From positions 3,680,001-3,744,000 of the forward strand of contig OZ245015.1 in assembly GCA_965223705.1 (NCBI GenBank): a stretch of 64,000 nucleotides of DNA, given 5' to 3'. Below the pieces are notes generated by a model. The model was given only the letters and a program-made list of their open reading frames with translations. It had not been told where the DNA came from and did no database searches. A program made the translations under genes and the position numbers. The DNA is from Myxococcota bacterium. GTDB lineage: Bacteria > Myxococcota_A > UBA9160 > UBA6930. Of this stretch, positions 9,602 through 17,927 are shown piece after piece (positions within the stretch are counted from its first letter, which is position 1; the number at the start of each line of letters is the position of its first letter).

Positions 9602-11490
9602 TTCGCCCCGAGGAGCTCCAACTCTCGCTTCGCGTCAGCTGCCCCGGGATCCAATTTGAGCGCCCGACGAAAAGCGTCTCGCGCCTCGTCGTTACGACTT
9701 TGTTGGGCGAACAACCTTCCGAGATTGAACCAGGCGTCGGTGTCCCTAGGGTCTCGATCGACGACTCGACGGTACTCGTCCTCCGCTTCAACAAGGCGGC
9801 CTTGCTGAACCAAGACACGAGCGAGGTTGAAACTCGCATGGGGATGACGGGGCGCAACGGCGAGGACCTTTCGGTAGGTCTCTTCGGCTTCAGCCCAAAG
9901 GCCGCGACGAGCCAGGACCACACCCAAGTTGTGGCGCGCAGAAACGAACTCCTCATCTTCGACTAGCACGCGCTCGTAGTACCGCATGGCGTCTTCGTCA
10001 CGTCCGCGATTCTGAGCGATGGTACCGAGGATGTAGAGACTCTCTGCATCGGTCGCATCAATTTCAAGACTACGGAGCGCCGCGCGCTCGGCCTCGTCAT
10101 CTTTTCCAGCCCAAGCCAGCACCTTCGCCAGGTTTCTCAACGATCGTCCGTGCTCGGAAAGATCGATACTCGCAATTTCTTTCTCGGCGAGCTCTAGCGC
10201 GAGTCCGCGATCCCAGTTGGTATTCGCGGATACCCACCCTTTCTGTACCAGCGTCTCTACGATCTCGGCACCGAGAATCGCGTGAGTCTCTGGGTTGGGA
10301 TGCACGTGATCGAGAAAAGATTCCTCTCCGGGAATCTGATGACGATCCCGACGAAGCAGGCGCGGGAAGTCTACCGACCAGACGCTCGGTGCTTCAGCGA
10401 ACTCCCGGACGGCTTCCACAAACTCCGAGGGAGCACGTAACGGACAAACATCTTCGTCTCGTGCACCGACAAAGGCTGCTTCGGCACTCGACTCGTCTCC
10501 CGCGCGAAGCCGTCGCTCCCCGAGTTGGTACAACCAGTCGGCCCGCCGAGGATCAATCTCGAGCGCTTTCTCTAGTTCTGAGATTGCCATCTCATCGTCC
10601 GCGTTCAGTTCCCCGGATGAGACGTTCTTCGATGCTTCTGACTTGAACGGAGAGCAGCTTCTCAAGTTCGACGCCGGAACGACGGCCAACAGCTGAGCAT
10701 CCGATCTCCGAGTTTGGTCGGCGACGCGGCTCAGGTTGAAGCGAAAGTGTTCTAGGATCGCGGCTCGCTTCGCATCGTCCCTCTTGTAGGCATCGGGCCC
10801 GATGCTCGAGTCAAGCACCGTGACAACGTCGTCCCTCAGGCCACCTGATTCGGTGAAACCGCGAAGCCTCGAAGCGGCCCGGTGGAGCAACGAATACGTC
10901 CGCGCTCCACTCAGAACTTCGTCGGCGGACCGTATCCAGCGTGGTGAGTCACGCAGTTCCCGATAAGTTCTTTCCTCTAGAAATTCGTTGTGCCCGGTAT
11001 AGAGAACGACGAGGTCGGGTTCGTAATGCGCGATCTCATCCATGAGTCTCGCGACCCTATAGCTCGCGTAGCTGATCCCCCCGGCGTTCACGACCTCGAA
11101 CTTCGCTTCGGGTTCAACCAGGGAGAGAAAGCGGCGCAGCCAACCGCAGAACGAGGTCCCATCGTCGAACGGTCGCCCATACGTTGTTGAGCCGCCTAAG
11201 CAGAAAATGCGCCGGTTCTCGGCCGGCTTCACCACCCGGAAACGCTGAACGTTGAACCACCGTCGCTTGTTTGGGGCGGTGACGAACCAATCAGCGTTTC
11301 CGGACTCGCGGACAAAGACCGGCAAGCGGCTGCCCTCGAACCCGAGGTAGGGATCCTCCTGGGCTGTTCGCACCGGCGTGCCGAGAACGTACAAGATGGC
11401 TTCTACGAGCAGATAGAAGACGCAAATCACCCCCAGAGAAAACAGCAGTTTCTTGGGAACTGAAGGACCCGTCTCCGATCCGCGCGCCAT
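9598..11490 (-). CDS. SGNH/GDSL-like hydrolase domain + C-terminal TPR protein, N-terminal membrane anchor
   Basis: LGGSTTYG, NAGGISY, GHNE, DHVHP; several TPR repeats (NLGVVLA, FNLARVL, FNLGRLF). Confidence 0.8.
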   Translation of the reverse strand: MARGSETGPSVPKKLLFSLGVICVFYLLVEAILYVLGTPVRTAQEDPYLGFEGSRLPVFVRESGNADWFVTAPNKRRWFNVQRFRVVKPAENRRIFCLGGSTTYGRPFDDGTSFCGWLRRFLSLVEPEAKFEVVNAGGISYASYRVARLMDEIAHYEPDLVVLYTGHNEFLEERTYRELRDSPRWIRSADEVLSGARTYSLLHRAASRLRGFTESGGLRDDVVTVLDSSIGPDAYKRDDAKRAAILEHFRFNLSRVADQTRRSDAQLLAVVPASNLRSCSPFKSEASKNVSSGELNADDEMAISELEKALEIDPRRADWLYQLGERRLRAGDESSAEAAFVGARDEDVCPLRAPSEFVEAVREFAEAPSVWSVDFPRLLRRDRHQIPGEESFLDHVHPNPETHAILGAEIVETLVQKGWVSANTNWDRGLALELAEKEIASIDLSEHGRSLRNLAKVLAWAGKDDEAERAALRSLEIDATDAESLYILGTIAQNRGRDEDAMRYYERVLVEDEEFVSARHNLGVVLARRGLWAEAEETYRKVLAVAPRHPHASFNLARVLVQQGRLVEAEDEYRRVVDRDPRDTDAWFNLGRLFAQQSRNDEARDAFRRALKLDPGAADAKRELELLGAN

Positions 11491-11493
11491 ACC

Positions 11494-12294
11494 CTAGAAG
11501 TCGATCCCGATTGACACTCCCGCTCCCCAATCAGCGGCTCCCTCCGAGAGACCCGCGACTCCATACCCACTCAGGATGTAGCGGTCCGCGAATCGCCAGG
11601 AGAAATATGGAACAAGCTCGTGAGAATCGGAGGCTCCCGAGCTCGCTGCCTCGCGGTAGTCGTACACGAGACCAACTTGGGTGCGGCGCGCTAGGCGATA
11701 ACCGGCGCCAACCGACGCGAAGAACACGTCGTCGAGGTCAAAATCGGACGGATCCCCCAAGAAGCGGTAGCCCACCGTCGTGAAGGCGAGCACTTTGTCG
11801 AAATTCTTGGAGACGTCGACCTGTGCGGTGTAGTCGACCTCGCCTGTCCCGAGATCTCGATCTTCATCGGCCGTCGGGACCTTGACCTTGCCTGTCAGCT
11901 CGAGAATCGGCCAAGCGGAATCGGTTTCCGGATAGTGGATGTAGCTGCCCGAAAGCACGACATCGCCAAGACCTGAGTTGGTTTCTGTTCCGACCGCATC
12001 TTCATCAACGATGATATTTCCATCGGTCCCCGCTACGACGCCGCCCGGCCCGTCGATTCGGATGTACGGCACGGTGGCCTTAAAGAGAAAAGGTTCGGCA
12101 TCGTATCGGATGGTCACGGGTACGTAGAGAATGTCCGTGTCATCGCTTTGCCCGTAGTCGCCGCTGGTAAAGTTGACCCCGGAGCTGATCCGCAGGCGCC
12201 GCCGGTCGTCCGCGTCGTCCGCCCAGGATGCGCCGGCTAGAGATACAGCGACCCAAGGCAGCAGCACGGCAAGCGTATGGTTTGATTTCCACAT
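11494..12294 (-). CDS. Outer-membrane beta-barrel (MetA-pathway/transporter-like)
   Basis: Signal peptide; SGDYG, SGLGD, KVPTADEDRDLGTGE.DY; terminal Phe (GVSIGIDF). Confidence 0.75.
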   Translation of the reverse strand: MWKSNHTLAVLLPWVAVSLAGASWADDADDRRRLRISSGVNFTSGDYGQSDDTDILYVPVTIRYDAEPFLFKATVPYIRIDGPGGVVAGTDGNIIVDEDAVGTETNSGLGDVVLSGSYIHYPETDSAWPILELTGKVKVPTADEDRDLGTGEVDYTAQVDVSKNFDKVLAFTTVGYRFLGDPSDFDLDDVFFASVGAGYRLARRTQVGLVYDYREAASSGASDSHELVPYFSWRFADRYILSGYGVAGLSEGAADWGAGVSIGIDF

Positions 12295-12322
12295 GATTGT
12301 CCCCTCTGATTTGTAGAGTCAG

Positions 12323-12979
12323 TTAGTCCCGAGAAGCGCGATCCGCTCGTTCCGCACGCTCGGGCCGATCCGCTCGTTCCGCGCGCTCGGGTCGATCCGC
12401 CCGCTCCGCGCGCTCGGGTCGATCCGCCCGCTCCGCGCGCTCGGGCCGATCCGCTCGTTCCGCGCGCTCGGGTCGATCCGCCCGCTCCGCGCGCTCGGGT
12501 CGATCCACCCGCTCCGCACGATCTGCTCGGTCCGCTCGGTCGGCCCGGTCCGCTCGGTCCGCGCGATCGGGTCTCCCGTCTCGGCGCACCCGTTCACCAA
12601 GGAAGTTCCCATCTTGATCGAAGAACTGATCGACCCGAACCCGCGATCGAGAACCATCCGGATTTCGCTCACGAACTTCGTGCCGTTCCTGTGTAATTCC
12701 CGTCACCGGGTCGGTGCCGACTTGGAAGCGCTCCCGACGCCGGCTCCCGTCCGCGCCGCGGTCGCGGTCGTCATCAATGGTCCGTAGGTCGATCTCGGGA
12801 AAATCTCTCGCGTCCGCACCGTTCGGTCGATCGCGAAGGGGCTGACTGTCATCAATGCTTCCGTCGCCGCGAAGCTTAACGCCCTCCGGAGTCAAATCGT
12901 CCCTTGGACTCTGTGCTCCCGCAGTGGCTGCGAAGAACGATGCAAAGATCACGGCGAGTAAGTAGGTTCGGTAGTTCAT
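12323..12979 (-). CDS. Secreted low-complexity protein with (DRA)n/(RPERAERAD)6 tail
   Basis: Signal peptide (..ATAGA-QS); R/D/E-rich; RBS GAGGA. Confidence 0.8.
   Translation of the reverse strand: MNYRTYLLAVIFASFFAATAGAQSPRDDLTPEGVKLRGDGSIDDSQPLRDRPNGADARDFPEIDLRTIDDDRDRGADGSRRRERFQVGTDPVTGITQERHEVRERNPDGSRSRVRVDQFFDQDGNFLGERVRRDGRPDRADRADRADRADRADRAERVDRPERAERADRPERAERADRPERAERADRPERAERADRPERAERADRPERAERADRASRD
12341..12502. repeat. Six tandem 27-bp repeats (coding RPERAERAD on minus strand)
   Basis: ATCCGCYCGYTCCGCRCGCTCGGGYCG x6, followed by degenerate 9-mers. Confidence 0.95.
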
Positions 12980-13010
12980 CAGAAAATCCTCGATGCTAGA
13001 GGTAAAGGTG

Positions 13011-13035
13011 CCGCCGGCCCTCTCGGGGCCGGCGG
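13011..13035. terminator. GC hairpin between first two genes of the minus operon (weak terminator or mRNA stabiliser)
   Basis: CCGCCGGCCC-tctcg-GGGCCGGCGG perfect 10-bp stem; only a weak U-tract. Confidence 0.5.
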
Positions 13036-13041
13036 TCCCGG

Positions 13042-13446
13042 CTAGTCCTCAAAAAAAGTTCCTTTGAGAGGTCCCACGACGACGTCGTCGCCTGCATTCA
13101 CCGGCGGGAAGTTCGGCGGGAAAGGCAGGTCCCCGACCTCCTCGGCGGCTCGATCGTCGAGGTCGACTTCCCCGACTCCGAAGTTGTCGACCGCGACCAA
13201 GACGCCGGTGTCCACTCCGTTGACCAAGACAGCGAAGGCCTCGCCGGGCGTGAAGCCTTCGATTTCCACGGAAAACTTCCGTCGACCTTCGCGTACCTCC
13301 CAACGCGCTTTTCCACTCACGTCGCCCGCGTCAACGGTTGCCCGCATGCGGGTCTCTAGGCGCTCCCGGTCGTCGCCTCCGGCCGCTCCCAACGGAATCG
13401 AGAGCGCGAAAAATGTTGCAACCAGCGAAGTCCACCATCTCTTCAT
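13042..13446 (-). CDS. Secreted beta-rich hypothetical protein, 134 aa
   Basis: MKRWWTSLVATFFALSIPLGAAG signal; RBS AAGGAG; SGKARWEVREGRRKFSVEIE. Confidence 0.75.
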   Translation of the reverse strand: MKRWWTSLVATFFALSIPLGAAGGDDRERLETRMRATVDAGDVSGKARWEVREGRRKFSVEIEGFTPGEAFAVLVNGVDTGVLVAVDNFGVGEVDLDDRAAEEVGDLPFPPNFPPVNAGDDVVVGPLKGTFFED

Positions 13447-13461
13447 TGACCGATCTCCTTC

Positions 13462-13514
13462 ATGGGAATCTTTCCCATTACCTGGGATTATTTCCCATGT
13501 ATCGTCGATGTCAA
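13462..13514 (-). promoter_or_regulatory. sigma70-type promoter overlapped by two palindromic operators
   Basis: TTGACA (13514-13509)-N16-AATAAT (13492-13487); ATGGGAA-TCT-TTCCCAT 13462-13478; CTGGGATTATTTCCCAT 13482-13498. Confidence 0.72.
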
Positions 13515-13689
13515 TGGAAAAATGAGGTGAGAGAGCGCACAAAATGCCGGTTTTTTGCCGCACTGCGTGAGGAAGAGCGGTCCGCTAGCCGGAGGGAAGC
13601 GATCTAAGCCGCTGCGGGCTCAGCGGGTGGCCCCGCGGCAGTAGTATGGATGGGAGATTGACGAGGTCGGGGGCGTAACCGCTCGCGAC

Positions 13690-14154
13690 TTAGGGTTCGT
13701 TGCAGCCGAGCGCGCGCAATTGATCCCGCCAACCCGCGACGTCGAGGGGGCCAACGAGAGTTTTCCGCTCACCCCCTCGACACACGAGGTTCATGGGCAG
13801 TCCGCGACCGCCCACCTTTCGAAAGACTTCGCCTGTCGCGTCCCGGAGCATCCGAAGTTCGAGCTGCTCCCCCGCTAAAAACTCCTCGATAACGTCCGCT
13901 GCCTCGCCGACGTTGACGGTCAGGATCTGAACTGTGTTTCCACAGTTGCGGCGCGCTCGTTCCAGTGACAACAGATCCTCGCGGCACGACGGACACCAAG
14001 TCGCCCAGAAGTGCAGCAGCTCAGTGGTCTTTCCCCCGGAGGCACAGGCGACATGCGGCTCCCCGTGGAGTGTCGTCAGGGAGATGCCCCCATGCGACGC
14101 ACCGACTAACGAAGCTGCAAGGACGGCGAACGCAACACGCGGGCTAAAACGCAT
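13690..14154 (-). CDS. TlpA/ResA-like periplasmic thioredoxin
   Basis: HFWATWCPSC, VNVGE, GLP; signal-like N-terminus. Confidence 0.85.
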   Translation of the reverse strand: MRFSPRVAFAVLAASLVGASHGGISLTTLHGEPHVACASGGKTTELLHFWATWCPSCREDLLSLERARRNCGNTVQILTVNVGEAADVIEEFLAGEQLELRMLRDATGEVFRKVGGRGLPMNLVCRGGERKTLVGPLDVAGWRDQLRALGCNEP

Positions 14155-15190
14155 ACTGAAAACCTACCGACCAGATCGGATCTTCGTCCTGACGTCCGTA
14201 CAACGCGGAGTCGGTGACCGGTAGTTGAACTGCGGCACGAAGCAGCGGGCCGCGGTTCTTCTCAACCCACGGGATCCGGATCTTGATCGACGGCGTGGCG
14301 TAGAAGATCGACCCCCCACTGTCCCGATAACGGAGGCCTCGAAACTCGTCGAAATCTGCCCAGCGGTAGTTCATTTCCATTCCCAGGGTCAACCAGTCCA
14401 GCGAACGGTTGCCTAGGGCATGGCCTACGGGAAGCTCGAGTGCAAGGTTGGCCAGCACGATGTCGCCATACTCGTACTTCAGGCTTCCCTTCGTGTTCTC
14501 GCGATAGAAAATGCTCCCGTAGAGCGATACCCACTCGAGGCGATGGACCCCGCCGAGCCCGACGCCGAAGTCCCAGGACCCGGTCCCCAGTTGGAGATGC
14601 GGATCGGTCAACCCTCGCGTGCTACGGCTGCTCTTTCCCGTAGGTCCCTTCAAGAACAGCGTTCCCTCGAGCCATGTCGAGGGCAGAACGTCCCGGTTTC
14701 GCCAGAGCATATAGTTGGCGCTGACCGAGATATCTCCCAGGCCATCCAGATCAATGGTCTGGCGTTCGTCCCCTTCGAACTCGGTGATCTTGTTCATCAT
14801 GAAGGGAACGTCGAGCGTGAGTGTGAGACGATCAAAGGGTGACCAGCTTACGAAGAGGTCGAGACGCCGGCTGTCGTTCTTCTCTCGGTCATGCGTCTCT
14901 CCTTCCTCATCGCCATGCTCATCGTCGCCGTCCTCCTCGTGGCCGTGCCCGCCGGGCAGCACACCACTCTCCTTTTGCCAGCCTTTCAATTCAAGGTAGA
15001 CGGAGACGTCTCCCTCGGTGAGCGCGGTCGTTCCGTGACTCGAGAACCGGGCGTCTCCGGCTTGGCAGATCGAGCAAGCTTCGGAGCCTCGCGGTGAAAA
15101 TGAAATGATCAATACGAGTGCGGCCGCGAATAGCAGCCTACGTGTGGACATTGGTATCCCCAGCGTTGTGAGTTTTCGAAGCGAATCCAC
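14144..15190 (-). CDS. Outer-membrane transporter-like barrel with N-terminal CxxC and His/acid-rich loop (start uncertain, may be MSTRR)
   Basis: SEA-CSIC, GHGHEEDGDDEHGDEEGETHD, GLGD, PTG, QLGTGSWD, terminal YAF. Confidence 0.75.
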   Translation of the reverse strand: MDSLRKLTTLGIPMSTRRLLFAAALVLIISFSPRGSEACSICQAGDARFSSHGTTALTEGDVSVYLELKGWQKESGVLPGGHGHEEDGDDEHGDEEGETHDREKNDSRRLDLFVSWSPFDRLTLTLDVPFMMNKITEFEGDERQTIDLDGLGDISVSANYMLWRNRDVLPSTWLEGTLFLKGPTGKSSRSTRGLTDPHLQLGTGSWDFGVGLGGVHRLEWVSLYGSIFYRENTKGSLKYEYGDIVLANLALELPVGHALGNRSLDWLTLGMEMNYRWADFDEFRGLRYRDSGGSIFYATPSIKIRIPWVEKNRGPLLRAAVQLPVTDSALYGRQDEDPIWSVGFQYAF

Positions 15191-15211
15191 AAGGCGGACG
15201 GGTGCGAAAGC

Positions 15212-15529
15212 TCAGGCGGCTATCGGGACGGAATCCTCAGGTTCTGGGCTCAAGGAGGTCGGGCGGATGTCTGGCGCCGGCGGTGCCAGTTCGAACAGCT
15301 TAAGGGCTGCGATTTCGAGCCCGGGTCTCAACACCGGGTCGAAACCATTCGATGCACCGCTCGCGCGGGGGAGCCTGTCGCATCCGCAGGGACAGGACAC
15401 CTTGAAGTAGGTCCCATCCGACTCACTAGAAAACGAGTAACTGCCGGATATTGCGCAGGGTACCGCCGACGCGGCGACAAAGACGATCGCAGTCAACAGA
15501 ACAGTGATGAGGCGGGCTCTCGGCACCAT
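15212..15529 (-). CDS. Small exported Cys/Pro-rich protein (DUF2946-like leader ORF candidate)
   Basis: Hydrophobic N-terminus, CPCGC, Pro-rich C-terminus, directly upstream of barrel gene. Confidence 0.55.
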   Translation of the reverse strand: MVPRARLITVLLTAIVFVAASAVPCAISGSYSFSSESDGTYFKVSCPCGCDRLPRASGASNGFDPVLRPGLEIAALKLFELAPPAPDIRPTSLSPEPEDSVPIAA

Positions 15530-15619
15530 GCGCTTGGCATACTATCCCAAGGGCTTTCGCACCTAGCGCTAGCTGTCAGAGCGCTTGGAGTTTTTGGCCT
15601 TCACTGCACAGGTGGCTGT

Positions 15620-15783
15620 TTGTGAGTCCCGTGTGAGTCCAGGGCTTATTCGGACTCGAAAAACCCAAAGATTCCGGTTAGTTATTGGTGGAGGCGGCGG
15701 GAATCGAACCCGTCGCTTGAGAAATAATCTGTTTTGTTTTCGGTACCTTACGAGGCTGGAGTTGTGAGTCCGGTGTGAGTCCC
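15620..15783 (-). repeat. att-like repeat copy 2 with arm-type repeat pairs on both sides (attP-like junction)
   Basis: 15620-15708 colinear with copies 1/3 (14 mismatches in 89); 27-bp core 15686-15712 identical to ssrA 3' end; second TGTGAGTCCGGTGTGAGTCCC at 15763-15783. Confidence 0.9.
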
Positions 15784-16135
15784 AACGTTGAGCGGCGTCA
15801 CGAAATCGTCTCTCATCCTATACGCCGAGGACGATCCTCCAGAGACAAGGGCGTCTAGGATGAGCAAAACTGACGCACGCAACTTGGGGTTTGATTTCAG
15901 CCTCCCGGGCTCTCCGCAAACGAAGCTCGGCAGGGTCGCCTCCAGGTTAAACCTTATCCCCCAGCTCGACGCCATCGTCTCCGCGTCCCCTCGCTCAAGT
16001 ATCGAAGCAACAACGATGAACGCCTCGGGTAGAGTGCCCCGGCCGATCGTGCGAAGGAACCTCGAGAAGGCCTCTAGCGTCAATTGTGACGCTGGCAAGC
16101 TTTCCGCCAAACGAAGAACTCGGGACTCGTGACCC
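15748..16135 (-). pseudogene. C-terminal fragment of a large protein resembling Avs4-like STAND anti-phage ATPases
   Basis: FSRFLRTIG...LKSNPKLRASVLLILDALVSGGSSSAYRMRDDF resembles (from memory) Avs4 C-termini; no credible start or upstream domains. Confidence 0.45.
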
Positions 16136-16556
16136 TCGGCCACCGGTATTTCGGGGCCGGGGGAAGAGCACAAACAGCAGCGAAAACCTGCTCTTTGCCT
16201 TAAGTGTCCGACGAGGCGGTGGGTTGCTCGGCACAGGAGCATCTGAGTTGCGCACCTGAAACGCCTGCACTTACTGGCTCGCCAGGCGTCCGGTAAAAGG
16301 CGCTGCCCCCATGGTTCCGTTTTTAATGGAGGGGGTCTTCCGAAGGAGGCGACGGATCTGGTCCACCCCCCTTGAAAAGCAGAGGAGCTCCTGCGTTTCC
16401 AGGCCGACGCCGCAGGCTCCGGATTGCCACTGCGGGCATTATCGCAGAGATGGGTCCGCCCGCGATCAACTCGGGCGGTGCTTCGAGGGGCGGCATTCCC
16501 AGCGCAGTTCGATAGTTGTTGTGGAGATGGTGGAGCGCGGACTCACTGCGGCCGTT

Positions 16557-16650
16557 GAAGTGGTAGATCTCGCCGAAGGTGTCGTTCACGATTTTCCAAT
16601 TGAGCGGCATCTCGAGGGTCGATTCGCCGATTCGCTCCGCCCGATGAAAC
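16557..16650 (-). pseudogene. Short fragment of a Rieske oxygenase catalytic domain
   Basis: GESTLEMPLNWKIVNDTFGEIYHF matches NWK..DTF.E.YH iron-binding motif; flanks unrelated. Confidence 0.45.
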
Positions 16651-16760
16651 TCCCACTGCGAGAGCTATTTTGACAACGATAACTTCCGGGCAAGCTGCAC
16701 GTCCGGTTTTTGCGAGAACAGCATGGCTAAGAGGCGTCTTGAGCCCTCGGGAGACTATCT

Positions 16761-17909
16761 TTGAAACGTGAGATTTTTGATCAGGAACATCATCTCTTCC
16801 GCGAACAGGTGCGGCGCTTCGTTCGAGAAGAAGTTGAGCCGCTTCTCCCAGAATGGAACGAAGCGGGCATGAGCGACCGCGAGACGTGGAAGCGCGCGGG
16901 CGAACAGGGCCTGCTCGGTGTGAACTTGCCCGAAGCCTACGGGGGAGCCGACGCCGGCTTTCTCTACTCGGTCATCGTGATGGAGGAGCTGACTTACGCT
17001 CGCGCCCACGGCCTGGACACAGGCCTTCATGCCGACGTGTGCGTGCCCTATCTCAATTCCTTCGGCAGCGACGATCAGAAAGAGCGCTATCTAGCGGGCA
17101 CCATCTCCGGCGAGATTCTCATGGGCATCTGTATGACCGAACCGGGCACCGGTTCGGACCTCGCCAGTATACAGACCACCGCCCTTCGCGATGGCGACCA
17201 CTACGTGCTGAACGGTTCGAAGACCTTCATTTCGAACGGACAGATCGGTGATCTGTATGTCGTCGTTGCGAAGACCGATCCTTCCGCGACTCCCCGTCAC
17301 AAGGGAGTGAGTTTGCTGCTGGTAGAAGCGTCGACTCCGGGCTTCGTGCGCGGGCGCAAGCTCGACAAACTGGGCCTTCACGCGCAGGACACCAGCGAGA
17401 TCTTCTTTCAGGATTGCCGGGTCCCTGCGAAGAACATCTTAGGAGGCGAGGGCCAAGGGTTTGCCATGCTGATGGACAAGCTCCAACAGGAACGGTTGGT
17501 GGTCGCCGTTCGATCCATCGCTTCCTGTCGGCGCGCCCTCGATGACACCATCGAGTACGTGAAAGAGCGCAAAGCTTTTGGCAAACGCATCGCGGATTTT
17601 CAGAACACGCAGTTCAAGCTGGCCGAACTCTCTACGGAGGTTGAGATCGGACAGGTCTTCATCGATCGCTTGTGTGCCGCCCACGTGGCGGGAGACGACA
17701 TCGTCACCGAGGTCAGCGGCGCCAAGTATTGGGCCACGGACCTCCAGAAGAAAGTTGCGGCCGAGTGCCTGCAGCTCCACGGAGGCTACGGCTTTATGAC
17801 GGAGTATCCGATCTCGGGAGACTACGCAGATGCGGCTGTACAGTCGATCTACGCCGGAACGAACGAGATCATGAAAGTCATCATCGCGAAGCGGATCGGG
17901 CTCGGATAG
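16761..17909 (+). CDS. Acyl-CoA dehydrogenase (long-chain type)
   Basis: MTEPGTGSD, LNGSKTFISNG, RKAFG, QLHGGYG, IYAGTNEIMK. Confidence 0.95.
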   Translation: MKREIFDQEHHLFREQVRRFVREEVEPLLPEWNEAGMSDRETWKRAGEQGLLGVNLPEAYGGADAGFLYSVIVMEELTYARAHGLDTGLHADVCVPYLNSFGSDDQKERYLAGTISGEILMGICMTEPGTGSDLASIQTTALRDGDHYVLNGSKTFISNGQIGDLYVVVAKTDPSATPRHKGVSLLLVEASTPGFVRGRKLDKLGLHAQDTSEIFFQDCRVPAKNILGGEGQGFAMLMDKLQQERLVVAVRSIASCRRALDDTIEYVKERKAFGKRIADFQNTQFKLAELSTEVEIGQVFIDRLCAAHVAGDDIVTEVSGAKYWATDLQKKVAAECLQLHGGYGFMTEYPISGDYADAAVQSIYAGTNEIMKVIIAKRIGLG

Positions 17910-17927
17910 TTCTTCCGCGGGCGGCGT

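Larger units (their letters stand above)
7313..15685. mobile_element. Genomic island A between ssrA-derived direct repeats (repeat spacing 8400 bp), no integrase seen
   Basis: Flanked by repeat copies at 7220 and 15620; three coherent accessory operons. Confidence 0.7.

Noticed and set aside
12341..12560. Tandem repeats as CRISPR array
   Set aside because: Contiguous 27-bp units without unique spacers, in frame within a CDS; no cas genes
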